Below are positions 24,142 through 32,770 of a stretch of 37,632 nt of DNA, one piece after another. The position numbers and the translations under genes are program-made. Origin of the DNA: a virus (taxonomy: Duplodnaviria > Caudoviricetes); IMG/VR virus record IMGVR_UViG_3300037461_000753, positions 1 through 37,632 of that record, one strand, 5' to 3'. Numbering within the stretch: the stretch's first letter is position 1; each line of letters begins with the position of its first letter. The notes below the pieces were generated by a model. It made no database searches. It saw only the letters and a program-made list of their open reading frames with translations, and was not told the origin of the DNA.

Positions 24142-25305
24142 GTGGAGAAGGAATCGAAGGCGATTGTCACATTCAACGCGAACCTGCCGATCGAGTATGA
24201 CGTGAGCGAGGAGCAGATCGCCGCCAAGCGCGCGGCGTACGCGGCTCTGACGTGCGACACGCCGGCGGCCTACGAGCAGACCCGGCTGGCCATCGCAGAC
24301 TGCAGGGGCACGCGCGTCGCGATCGAGGCGAAGCGCAAGGAGCTGAAAGCCGGCGCGCTGGAGTGGGGCAAGAAGGTCGACGGCGTGGCGAAGAAGCTGA
24401 CGTCCATGATCGAGGACATCGAGACCCCGCTGCAGCAGAAGAAGGACGCAGTCGACGATGCCAAAGCCCGGGCACGCGCCGAGAAGGAAGCGGCGGAGAA
24501 GGCCGCACTCGAAGCGCAGATCGCTGCCGAGCGCGCGGCGGAAGCTGCCAGGGTCAAGGCGGAGCAGGAAGCCGAGAACGCGCGGCTGGCGGCCATCGCC
24601 GAGCAGCAGCGCATCGAGGCCGATCGTCTGGCCCAGGAGCGCGCCAGGATCGAGGCCGAGCAGCGGGCCGAGCGTGATCGCCTGGAGCTGGAGCGGGCAG
24701 CGATCGAGCAGGCCCGTCGCGGCGCAGAGGAAGCCGCGCGGCGCCGTGAGGCCGAGATCGCCGCGAAGGCGGAGGCCGAGCGCCAGCGGCAGGAGCTTGC
24801 AGCGCGGCAGGCTCGCGAAGCTGCGGAGAAGGCGCAGGCCGCACACGAGGAGATGCTGCGGCGCGAGCGCGAGAAGGCCGAGGCCGAGGCCCGCGCGATC
24901 AGGGAGGCTGCCGAGCGCCAGGCGCGTGAGGAGGCTGCGAAGATCGAGGCCGAGCGCGCCGCACTTGAGGCGGCAAAAGAGGAAGCGGCCCGGGTCGAGG
25001 CAGAGAAGCGCGCTGCCGAGGCTGCCAGGGTCGAGGAAGCCGCACGGCAGGAGCGCCTGCGCCAGGAGCAGGAGGAAGCCCGCGTCCGTGAGGCCGAGAG
25101 GCAAGCCGAGCTCGCCAGGCGGCTGGAAGCTCTGAAGTCGGACCGCGACAAGCTCCTGGAGTGGGCGAACCGCATCATGCTCGCGCAGGCGCCCGAGGTT
25201 GGCTCGGAAGCCGCGCGCGATGCCGTGACGCGCGCCCGGGAGAAGATCGCTGAGGTGGTCGATGGCCTCCGTGCTTTCGCCAAGCCGATCGGGAGGGCAG
25301 CGTAG
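24142..25305 (+). CDS. Long coiled-coil protein of the recombination module
   Basis: SD AGGAGG and GTG start; E/A/R/K-rich helical repeats; upstream of exonuclease and recombinase genes. Confidence 0.8.
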   Translation: MEKESKAIVTFNANLPIEYDVSEEQIAAKRAAYAALTCDTPAAYEQTRLAIADCRGTRVAIEAKRKELKAGALEWGKKVDGVAKKLTSMIEDIETPLQQKKDAVDDAKARARAEKEAAEKAALEAQIAAERAAEAARVKAEQEAENARLAAIAEQQRIEADRLAQERARIEAEQRAERDRLELERAAIEQARRGAEEAARRREAEIAAKAEAERQRQELAARQAREAAEKAQAAHEEMLRREREKAEAEARAIREAAERQAREEAAKIEAERAALEAAKEEAARVEAEKRAAEAARVEEAARQERLRQEQEEARVREAERQAELARRLEALKSDRDKLLEWANRIMLAQAPEVGSEAARDAVTRAREKIAEVVDGLRAFAKPIGRAA

Positions 25306-25307
25306 CC

Positions 25308-26150
25308 ATGATCAAGCTCTGCCCCGATCTGCCCGCTTCGAAGTACTACGAGTACGCGTGTGACGGCGTGCCGTGCTTGTCACAGGGCATCGCGCACACG
25401 CTCGTCTGCGAGTCGCCGGCCAAGGCGTACCTGCAACACCCGCAGTTCGGCAAAGCGCCGCGCAAGGTGACCGACGACATGGAGAAGGGCTCCGCGTTCC
25501 ACTCCCTGATCCTCGGCAAGGGAGCCGACGTCGTCGTGGTCGAGGCCGACAACTTCAAGGGCGGCCACGCTCAGGAGATGCGCGACATCGCCCGGAGTGC
25601 GAACAAGGTACCGATCCTGGCGAAGGACTACAAGCTGATTCAGGAGGCCGCCGAGGTTGCCAGGAGGAAGATCGAAGCCGAGGGCCACGCCTTCGACGGC
25701 CAGTCCGAGGTCGCGGTGTACTGGGAGGAGACGGCCTCGGATGGGACTGTCGTGCAATGCTGCGGCTGCTTCGACCACCTGCGCACGCAGGCCCGGGCGT
25801 TCGACATCAAGAAGTGCGCCTCGGCGAACCCGGCCGACCTCCCGCGGCACATGATCGATTTCGGATACGACATCCAGGAGGTCGCCTATCGCCGTGCGCT
25901 GTGCGCGGTGTTCCCGGACCTCGCAGGGAGGGAGGGATTCTGGTTCCACTTCTGCGAGCTCCCGCCGCCGCACCTGTACTCCCCGATGCAGTGCGCTGGG
26001 ACCATGCTCGTTCTGGGCGAGACGAAGTGGAGGCTCGCGATCGAGACGTGGGCGCAGTGCTTGCGCACGGGCGTTTGGCCGGACTTCGTGAACACGACCA
26101 GGCGCGCAGAGGCGCCGACCTGGGAGCTGAACCGTTGGATGGCGGCGTAA
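25308..26150 (+). CDS. PD-(D/E)XK exonuclease (RecE/ExoVIII C-terminal, DUF3799-like)
   Basis: SPAKAY, KGSAFHSLIL, SEVAVYW, FDHL...DIKK and GYDIQEVAY motifs. Confidence 0.8.
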   Translation: MIKLCPDLPASKYYEYACDGVPCLSQGIAHTLVCESPAKAYLQHPQFGKAPRKVTDDMEKGSAFHSLILGKGADVVVVEADNFKGGHAQEMRDIARSANKVPILAKDYKLIQEAAEVARRKIEAEGHAFDGQSEVAVYWEETASDGTVVQCCGCFDHLRTQARAFDIKKCASANPADLPRHMIDFGYDIQEVAYRRALCAVFPDLAGREGFWFHFCELPPPHLYSPMQCAGTMLVLGETKWRLAIETWAQCLRTGVWPDFVNTTRRAEAPTWELNRWMAA

Positions 26151-26171
26151 GGCCGCAGAGAGGGAATCGAG

Positions 26172-27236
26172 ATGGCACAACGTGTATTCGAGGATAAGCC
26201 TGCGGTGAGGGAGGCGACTCCCTTGCTGCTCGGAATCGTCGGTCCCAGTGGCACAGGCAAGACGTACAGCGCGCTCCGGCTCGCGACCGGGATCCAGCGC
26301 ATCGAGCCCGGTGAGATCTTCCTGATCGACACCGAGGCCCGCCGCTCGCTGCACTACGCGGAGAACTTCAAGTTCCGGCACGTCGCGTTTGGGGCGCCGT
26401 TCGGTCCGCTCGACTACCTGGACGCGATCGACCACTGCGTGAAGAAGGGGGCGAAGATCATCATCGTCGACTCGATGAGCCATGAGCACGAGGGGCCCGG
26501 CGGCGTGCTCGAGATGCACGCGGCCGAGACCGAGCGGCTCGCGAAGGCGTGGCGCTGCAGCCACGACGTTGCGCAGATGAGTGCCTGGAACAAGCCGAAG
26601 AGTGAGCGGCGCAGGATGATCAACACGATCCTGCAGATCCCGACGCACTTCATCTTCTGCTTCCGCGCGAAAGAGAAGATGTTGATCAAGAAGGGCGAGC
26701 AACCGGTGAGCAAGGGGTTCGAGGCGCTCGCCGGGCAGGAGTTCATCTACGAGCTGCTGCTCAAGTTCCTGCTTCTACCGGGCGCGCGCGGCACGCCCAC
26801 GTGGCAGTCCGAGATGCTCGCCGAAAAGCAGCTCGTCAAGATCCCCGGGCAGTTCGACAAGCTCTTCGCGCGGCCCGAGCAGCTCTCCGAGGACATCGGC
26901 GCTGAGCTCGCACGCTGGGCCCAGGGCGCGGCCGCGGTTGCCCCGGTTGGGTTCGCCGATCTGGTCAAGCGCTACGAGGCGTGCAGCGATCCGTCGACAT
27001 ACAGGGTAGTCGCCGCAGACGCGAAGGCCTCCTGGTCCACGCTCTCCGCCGATGAGAAGAAGGCGCTCAAGGCGAAGGCCGAGGATACGATGGCCAGGAT
27101 CAAGAAGGCGGCCGAGGCTCCCCGATCCGCTCCTGGCCCGGACGGCCCCCCCGGCGACGAGCCGCCGCATTACGAGCCCCCGCACGACCCGGGCGACCAC
27201 GAGCCCGGCGTCTCCGCGGACGGGGAGCCCACCTGA
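26172..27236 (+). CDS. AAA_24-type ATPase, Sak4-like recombinase
   Basis: GPSGTGKTYSAL Walker A, LIDTE, IIVDSMSHEHEGPGG, CFRAKEK. Confidence 0.8.
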   Translation: MAQRVFEDKPAVREATPLLLGIVGPSGTGKTYSALRLATGIQRIEPGEIFLIDTEARRSLHYAENFKFRHVAFGAPFGPLDYLDAIDHCVKKGAKIIIVDSMSHEHEGPGGVLEMHAAETERLAKAWRCSHDVAQMSAWNKPKSERRRMINTILQIPTHFIFCFRAKEKMLIKKGEQPVSKGFEALAGQEFIYELLLKFLLLPGARGTPTWQSEMLAEKQLVKIPGQFDKLFARPEQLSEDIGAELARWAQGAAAVAPVGFADLVKRYEACSDPSTYRVVAADAKASWSTLSADEKKALKAKAEDTMARIKKAAEAPRSAPGPDGPPGDEPPHYEPPHDPGDHEPGVSADGEPT

Positions 27237-27246
27237 CATGCTTACC

Positions 27247-27298
27247 CAACGGGCCCTCGCGACGTCCTCCCCCTCACGTGCCGGGGGCCCGTTGTTCT
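27247..27298 (+). terminator. Terminator-like hairpin after recombinase
   Basis: CAACGGGCCC...GGGCCCGTTG 10-bp stem followed by a weak T tract (TTCT). Confidence 0.45.
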
Positions 27299-27363
27299 GC
27301 CGTGCGTGGCCCGACCATGTGCTCGGTCGGGATGCACAGCGCTCGAAGCGCGGCACGGCACCA
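27299..27363 (+). ncRNA. tRNA-like element lacking a D-arm, ending ACCA
   Basis: 7-bp closing stem GCCGTGC/GCACGGC followed by A-CCA; internal 7-bp hairpin CCCGACC/GGTCGGG; T-arm-like GCGCTCGAAGCGC. Confidence 0.4.
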
Positions 27364-27454
27364 GCGCCTCTCGCCGGGTCGCTGCGGGCAATTCGGCTCG
27401 CCGGCCTCTCCCGATCACGGCGGCGAGGGGCGCAATTGTTGAAGGAGATTCGAG

Positions 27455-27718
27455 ATGGGACCTCGTGACTTCGGATGGGCGATTCGGCAGTTGAAGGTGG
27501 GCGCGAATGTGGCGCGCGAGGGCTGGAACGGGCGAGGGATGTGGCTGTTCCTCGAGCAGTGCCCCGGCGTGTACCCGCCCGGCGAGCTGGGGACGCGGTT
27601 CACGCAGGACCAGATCCGACCGTGCATCTGTATGCGAGACGCGCAGGGGATGATCGTGCCCGGCTGGCTCGCCTCGCAGACCGACATGCTGGCCGAGGAT
27701 TGGGAGCTGGTACCGTGA
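27455..27718 (+). CDS. DUF2829 family protein (Tad2-like anti-defence sponge)
   Basis: DFGWAIRQLKVGANVAREGWNGRGMWL and PGWLASQTDMLAEDW signature; SD AAGGAG. Confidence 0.8.
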   Translation: MGPRDFGWAIRQLKVGANVAREGWNGRGMWLFLEQCPGVYPPGELGTRFTQDQIRPCICMRDAQGMIVPGWLASQTDMLAEDWELVP

Positions 27719-29757
27719 GCACGAAGAAGAAGCCCGCCAGGCCGGCCACCAAGCCCGCCCCCGCGCAGTCCTACGCCGTCCAGCAGCTCGCCCTCGAGAA
27801 GGTGGACGAGTCGCCCACGAACCCCAGGAAGACGTTCCGCGACATCGACGAGCTCGCCGAGGACCTCAAGGTGCGCGGCATGCTGCAGCCCGTCCTTTGT
27901 CGCCCTCGGGGGAAGAGGTTTGAGCTCGTGTTCGGCGCCCGGCGGTACCGGGCCGCTGTGAAGGCGAAGCTCAAGACGATCCCCTCGATGGTGCGCGAGA
28001 TCGAGGACGCCGCGGTCATCGAGATCCAGCTCGTCGAGAACAGCAAGCGCGACGACATCCACCCGCTCGAGGAGGCCGACGGCTTCCGCGCGCTGCACAA
28101 GGATCACGGCTACGCGGCCGAGGAGATCGCGGCGAAGATCGGCAAGAGCAAGTCGCACGTCTTCCAGCGCCTGAAGCTGTGCGAGCTCGGCGCTGCGGGC
28201 AGGAACGCCTTCCTCGCAGGCAAACTCACCGCCGCGACCGCGCTCCTGGTCGCCCGGATCCCCGATGCGAAGCTGCAGGCCGAGGCGTGCAAGGAGATCA
28301 CGGCGCAAGGCTACGACGGGCAGCCGATGTCGTTTCGCCGGGCCGTCGACATGGTGCAGCGCGAGTTCATGTGCAAGCTCGACGGCGCCGGCTTCCTCAC
28401 CAGCGACGCTTCGCTGCTCCCGAAGGCAGGTCCCTGCAGCACGTGCCCGAAGCGCACTGGCGTGCAGGCTGAGCTGTTCGACGACGTCAAGAGTGGAAAC
28501 ACCTGCACTGACCCCGCGTGTTTCAAGGCCAAGCTCGAGGCGCATTGGGCCAAGGTGAAAGCGAGCGCGAAGGAGGATGGCGTCAAGATCCTCAGCGAGT
28601 CGGAGGCGAAGAAGGTCTTCAAGTACGACCGTGACGACCCAGACTACAGCAGCGGGTTCGTCGCAAGGGACCAGTCGAGTCACGACTACACCACCGCGAA
28701 GACCCGCACCTATGGCCAGATCGTCAAGGATCAGATCCAGCCGGTGCTGGCCCGGGGAGCGAGCGGCAGGATCGTCGAGCTCTACCCGCGGGCCGAGGTC
28801 GATCGGCTGCTCAAGAAGGTCGAGACGCCCGCACAGAAGGAAGACAGGGACGAGCGCAAGGCCGAGCTGAAAGCGCAGCGCGAGGCGGCCGCCGATCGCC
28901 TGCGCGCGTTCGAGGCTTTGCTGGTAACTGCCGAGGGAGGGCGCACTGATGCAGGCTTCCTGCGATTCGTCATCGACCGCGTCCTGTCTAGCATGAGCTG
29001 GCAGCTGCAGCGCGAGATCGCCAAGCGCCGGGACGTGAAGGCCAAGAGCTACGAGGAAGTACACGCCGTGATGCGAGGATTCCGCAACGGCCTGGTGCCG
29101 GCGAGCGAGGGCGTTCTCCGTGCGATCCTGGTCGAGCTGCTCTGCATCCACATGCTCAATCCCTCGTACGGCGTCGGCGTGCTCGTCGAGGCCTGCAAGC
29201 GGTTCGACGTGGAGCCGCCCAAGCACGATGAGGCAGACCTCGACGACGATCTCGACGAGGACCTCGACGGCGGTGAAGACGAGAACCCCGACCACGTGCA
29301 CGGCGGCTGCCTGAAGTGTCATCACATGGTCGAGGACTGCACGTGCGGGGAAGCGGGGAACGAGGACGACGCCGGCGACGTCCCGAGCTGCCGGGTCTGC
29401 GGCTGCACCGAGAACAGTCCGTGCCCGGGCGGGTGCAGCTGGGCTGAGGACCCCGAGCAGCTCGGCGACATCTGCAGCCAGTGCGTGGGGAAGGTGGCCG
29501 TCGCGGCCGACCAGGTACGCTACAACGAAGACGGCAACAAGATCGTCGTGGTCGGGCCCATGAAGCGGCCGGGCGAATGGCAGGTCGAGGTGCACTTCGA
29601 CGATGCGACCGTGCCGATCAGTATGCAGATCTACTCGACCAGGCGCCTACTCGACTGCCGCATCGACGAGTACAAGTCGCCGGAGATCCCGGGCGTGAAG
29701 TCGCGCAGCGGCAAGACTCCGCGTTCGAAGAAGCGCGAGGCCTCCGATGCCCCTTGA
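27715..29757 (+). CDS. ParB/RepB/Spo0J-family protein with long Cys-rich C-terminal extension
   Basis: NPRKTF, GMLQPVL, GARRYRA, ENSKRDDIHPLEEA, HTH AEEIAAKIGKSKSHV; GTGA overlap start; 680 aa. Confidence 0.85.
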   Translation: MSTKKKPARPATKPAPAQSYAVQQLALEKVDESPTNPRKTFRDIDELAEDLKVRGMLQPVLCRPRGKRFELVFGARRYRAAVKAKLKTIPSMVREIEDAAVIEIQLVENSKRDDIHPLEEADGFRALHKDHGYAAEEIAAKIGKSKSHVFQRLKLCELGAAGRNAFLAGKLTAATALLVARIPDAKLQAEACKEITAQGYDGQPMSFRRAVDMVQREFMCKLDGAGFLTSDASLLPKAGPCSTCPKRTGVQAELFDDVKSGNTCTDPACFKAKLEAHWAKVKASAKEDGVKILSESEAKKVFKYDRDDPDYSSGFVARDQSSHDYTTAKTRTYGQIVKDQIQPVLARGASGRIVELYPRAEVDRLLKKVETPAQKEDRDERKAELKAQREAAADRLRAFEALLVTAEGGRTDAGFLRFVIDRVLSSMSWQLQREIAKRRDVKAKSYEEVHAVMRGFRNGLVPASEGVLRAILVELLCIHMLNPSYGVGVLVEACKRFDVEPPKHDEADLDDDLDEDLDGGEDENPDHVHGGCLKCHHMVEDCTCGEAGNEDDAGDVPSCRVCGCTENSPCPGGCSWAEDPEQLGDICSQCVGKVAVAADQVRYNEDGNKIVVVGPMKRPGEWQVEVHFDDATVPISMQIYSTRRLLDCRIDEYKSPEIPGVKSRSGKTPRSKKREASDAP

Positions 29758-30190
29758 ACTGCCGACTCCGCTCCGGGCAATCACGCTCTGGCAGCCGTAC
29801 GCATGGGCGCTCATCTACGCCGGCAAGGACGTCGAGAACCGGCCCCGCAGCCTCCGCGTCACCGGCTGGGTCGCGGTGCACGTCGGGCTACATCGCGACG
29901 ACGACTACGAGTTCCAGGCCCTGTGCGATATGCCCAACGGGATTCGCAAGGTATCGAACGAGACGATCCAGGAGCAGCGCGGCCACATCATCGGCCTGGT
30001 CAACATCGAGCGGTGGGCGCCCAGGGAGACGCTGCCTCCCTCGCCGTGGCTGCAGCGCCCGCCCGGCGTGGCCGCCGTCATCACTGAGGCCATGCCCTTG
30101 CGCACGCCCGTCCTGTGCCGCGAGGGATTCCACCGTGGGGCCTGGCGCGTGCCCGAAGAGGTCGAGCGCCAGGTCAGGGGGCAGCTCTGA
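29747..30190 (+). CDS. ASCH-domain protein
   Basis: AITLWQPYAWALIYAGKDVENR ASCH signature; RGHIIGLV. Confidence 0.8.
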   Translation: MPLELPTPLRAITLWQPYAWALIYAGKDVENRPRSLRVTGWVAVHVGLHRDDDYEFQALCDMPNGIRKVSNETIQEQRGHIIGLVNIERWAPRETLPPSPWLQRPPGVAAVITEAMPLRTPVLCREGFHRGAWRVPEEVERQVRGQL

Positions 30191-30609
30191 TGCCGATCCG
30201 CGACAAATCCCTCTACCCGCCCGACTGGCCGGCGATCTCCAAGCGCGTGCGCGAGCGGGCCGGCCAGCGCTGCCAGTGGTGTGGGCGCGGCAACGGCCAG
30301 GTGCACGCGGTGGCTCCGGACGGCGCCTGGTGCGAGCTCGGCGGCGAGCGCTGGCACGACAACAAGGGCAACCCGATCCCGTCGCGCGGCCAGCTCGCGA
30401 CCTGCTGCGAGGCGTCCGACTGGCACGCGACCAAGACGGTGCTCACCGTGGCGCACCTCGACCACGACCCGACGAACTGCGACGAGTCCAACCTGGTCGC
30501 GCTCTGCCAGCGCTGCCACCTGAACTACGACGCCAAGCACCACGCATCGAATGCGCGGCGAACCAGGGCCAGGAAAGCGGGCCAGGGCGAGCTGCCGGGA
30601 GTCGGATGA
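30190..30609 (+). CDS. HNH-like zinc-binding protein
   Basis: YPPDWPAIS...RCQWCG...VLTVAHLDHDPTNC..NLVALCQRCH. Confidence 0.75.
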   Translation: MPIRDKSLYPPDWPAISKRVRERAGQRCQWCGRGNGQVHAVAPDGAWCELGGERWHDNKGNPIPSRGQLATCCEASDWHATKTVLTVAHLDHDPTNCDESNLVALCQRCHLNYDAKHHASNARRTRARKAGQGELPGVG

Positions 30610-30845
30610 TGAAGCCGAAGAAGTGGCCGCACCTGGTCTTCTCGCGCGAACGCGCCCCGTTCTGCTGCTCGCTGTGCCGCGCCCCGGCCAAGACCGGCGT
30701 GCGCGTCTCGAGCAACCAGAACCCGTTCTTCTGGGCGCTGTGCGACGAGTGCGCCGACCACGTGGGCGATCTCGCGTACGACCCGGCCGGCAAGCCCGTG
30801 CAGATCAAGATCGAGGAGCCGCTCGTGCTCCGGGAGATCGGGTGA
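30606..30845 (+). CDS. Small Zn-finger protein
   Basis: ATGA overlap; CSLC...CDEC. Confidence 0.6.
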   Translation: MMKPKKWPHLVFSRERAPFCCSLCRAPAKTGVRVSSNQNPFFWALCDECADHVGDLAYDPAGKPVQIKIEEPLVLREIG

Positions 30846-31003
30846 TGCTCGACGCCGCGCTCGCGATCCTTCTCTTCGCCGCCATCACCTGGGCGCTGGT
30901 CGAACGGTACCGGCGCCTGCACCTGCAGGAGGTCGTCGACGAGTCCTGCGACGAGATGATGGCCATCCTCAAGAAGCAGGACGAAGAGGACGGGGAACCG
31001 TGA
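30845..31003 (+). CDS. Small membrane-anchored protein
   Basis: TGATG overlap; N-terminal hydrophobic helix, acidic tail; 52 aa. Confidence 0.55.
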   Translation: MLDAALAILLFAAITWALVERYRRLHLQEVVDESCDEMMAILKKQDEEDGEP

Positions 31004-31158
31004 TGCTCCGCGCCTTCGTCGACCTGGCCGTCGACCGCCTGCTGCGCGGCCAGATCGCCCTGGTATGCCTCGACCCGCTCGACGGCCCTGCCCGCCTGCG
31101 GCTGATGTTCTTCCTGCGCGCGCCGCCCGCGTGGATGCGGGGGAGGGTGTGGAATTGA
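31003..31158 (+). CDS. Hypothetical protein (not in ORF track)
   Basis: TGATG overlaps at both ends; MLRAFVDLAVDRLLRG...GRVWN, 51 aa by hand translation. Confidence 0.5.
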   Translation: MLRAFVDLAVDRLLRGQIALVCLDPLDGPARLRLMFFLRAPPAWMRGRVWN

Positions 31159-31364
31159 TGCAACGCTACCTGACCACCGAAGAGGCCGCCGCGATCCTCA
31201 CCCTCAGCCCCAAGGCCCTGCGAGCTCGCCTGCGCCGCCTGCAGGAGAAGCGAGGCGCCCGGGCCATCCTGCAGCTCGCCCCCGGCATCGTGGCCGTGAA
31301 GCTGGGCGTTTCCTGGCGGCTGCGCATCGACGGCGACAAGGCCGCGTCACCTGCCGTATCCTGA
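31158..31364 (+). CDS. xis: Excisionase / recombination directionality factor (HTH_17-like)
   Basis: YLTTEEAAAILTLS...AVKLGVSWRL; directly upstream of integrase. Confidence 0.75.
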   Translation: MQRYLTTEEAAAILTLSPKALRARLRRLQEKRGARAILQLAPGIVAVKLGVSWRLRIDGDKAASPAVS

Positions 31365-31402
31365 AGGCCGTCCCGCGTGTCGGCCGCTCACGGAGGTTTG
31401 CC

Positions 31403-32539
31403 ATGGGTGTCCGAGGGACAGGAGTCCGAACTGTTGCGAGGCGCGGCCGTCGCGTCCTGGTCATTGACTTTCGATACACCGACCAACACGGCGTCCGCCG
31501 CCGTTTCAAGCGCGATGCAGCCAGCCAGGTCCTGCACGCCGCCCGGGCCGAGGCCGACCGGCTGCAGCGCCTCGCGGCCGAGACGGGCAGCCCGGAAGCG
31601 GCGCCGCCGGCGTCGATGATCCTGCAGGCCTTCGTGGATGACAGGTGGCGCCCGCTGTACGGCCCGCGCTACCGACCGGGCACGCTCGAGCGCTACGAAG
31701 CGCTGCTGGGCCAGGGCCTGCTCGAGCAGCTCGGCAGCAAGCGCCTGGCCGACATCGACGGGCCGTGCGTGCGCGCGTTCCTCGCCGGCGTGGCGAGCCA
31801 GCCGAGCAAGCGCACGGGGCGCACCGTGCAGACCCGTCCGCATCACGACTTTGTGCGGACCCTGCTGCGGGCCGCCAAGGATCTGGGCGAGCTCGCCGAG
31901 CTGCCCGGGGACCTGCCGCCGCGGCCGCGCCCGGCGAAGAAGCTGCCCGATGCGCCGCCCCTCGAGGAGATCCAGCAGACGCTGGCCCTCGCCGTGGGCT
32001 GGCTCCGCGTCGCGATCGCCCTCGGCATCTACGCGGGCCTTCGCTCGGGCGAGATTCGCGCCCTGCAGGTCCGTGACGTGGACCTGGGGCAGGGAGTCCT
32101 GCGGATTCGCCGGACGCTCTCAGGCGACGTGGAGTGCGCGCCCAAGGGCAACAAGGATCGCAACGTGCCCATCGTGCCCGAACTCGACCCAATCATGCGG
32201 GAGGCCATCCGGCGCAAGCTCCCCAAGGCCAGGGTCGTGCTCACATCCGAGGGCGAGACGCCGACGAGGCAGTCGATCTGGACGCGCCTGGACGCCCTGC
32301 AGAAGGCCCACGGGCTACCTCACAGGTCCGTGCACCAGCTACGCCACGGGTTCTGCACGTGGACGCTGCGGGCCGGAATCGACGTGGAGAGCGTCCGGAT
32401 CCTGGCCGGGCACACGGACCTGGCGACGACCCAGCGCTACGTGCACGCGGACGCCACCCGGGCCCGAGCGCTCATGGCTGGGGCCACTGGTGGGACACGC
32501 TCTGCGGGGGATGTCGATTCGGAGGGAAAAGAGCGGTGA
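31403..32539 (+). CDS. int: Tyrosine integrase
   Basis: GLRSGE (R), PKG (K), HQLRH (HxxR), LAGH (H), TQRY (Y); N-terminal arm-binding-like domain; SD GGAGG. Confidence 0.93.
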   Translation: MGVRGTGVRTVARRGRRVLVIDFRYTDQHGVRRRFKRDAASQVLHAARAEADRLQRLAAETGSPEAAPPASMILQAFVDDRWRPLYGPRYRPGTLERYEALLGQGLLEQLGSKRLADIDGPCVRAFLAGVASQPSKRTGRTVQTRPHHDFVRTLLRAAKDLGELAELPGDLPPRPRPAKKLPDAPPLEEIQQTLALAVGWLRVAIALGIYAGLRSGEIRALQVRDVDLGQGVLRIRRTLSGDVECAPKGNKDRNVPIVPELDPIMREAIRRKLPKARVVLTSEGETPTRQSIWTRLDALQKAHGLPHRSVHQLRHGFCTWTLRAGIDVESVRILAGHTDLATTQRYVHADATRARALMAGATGGTRSAGDVDSEGKER

Positions 32540-32753
32540 TTTCGTCGGGTTTGGTCGGGGCGAGAGGATTTGACGGACGGGTGCGCGCAAACGCGGTCCG
32601 ACACGCGGGATCAGCGGGAATCATAGGGGAAGCGCATCCGGACCGGGTAACGCCGCGCCCCGCCCAGACCCGCCGAATACCGGGATCGTGGGCCACTGGG
32701 GGGACACAGCGAATAGAGCCGGACCCCGCGAGGGATCCGGCCCAGTGCCCCAC
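32481..32753. repeat. Integrase arm-type site candidates flanking the att core
   Basis: GGGCCACTGGTGGGACAC (32481-32498) and GGGCCACTGGGGGGACAC (32690-32707), 17/18 identical; inverted partial copy CCCAGTGCCCCAC at 32741-32753. Confidence 0.6.
32552..32573 (-). mobile_element. attP core matching the 3' end of a tRNA-Pro
   Basis: Minus strand reads TCAAATCCTCTCGCCCCGACCA: T-loop, T-stem, acceptor strand and CCA typical of bacterial tRNA-Pro; 12 nt after the int stop. Confidence 0.85.
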
Positions 32754-32770
32754 ATACCAGCCGATAGAAC

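Noticed and set aside
24480-25120. Repetitive GCCGAG/GAGGCC-rich DNA
   Set aside because: Explained by the E/A/R-rich coiled-coil protein sequence; no discrete DNA repeat unit.
32552-32573. Functional tRNA-Pro gene or prophage boundary
   Set aside because: Only the last 22 nt of a tRNA are present and phage genes flank both sides, so it is an attP core, not a tRNA or attL/attR.
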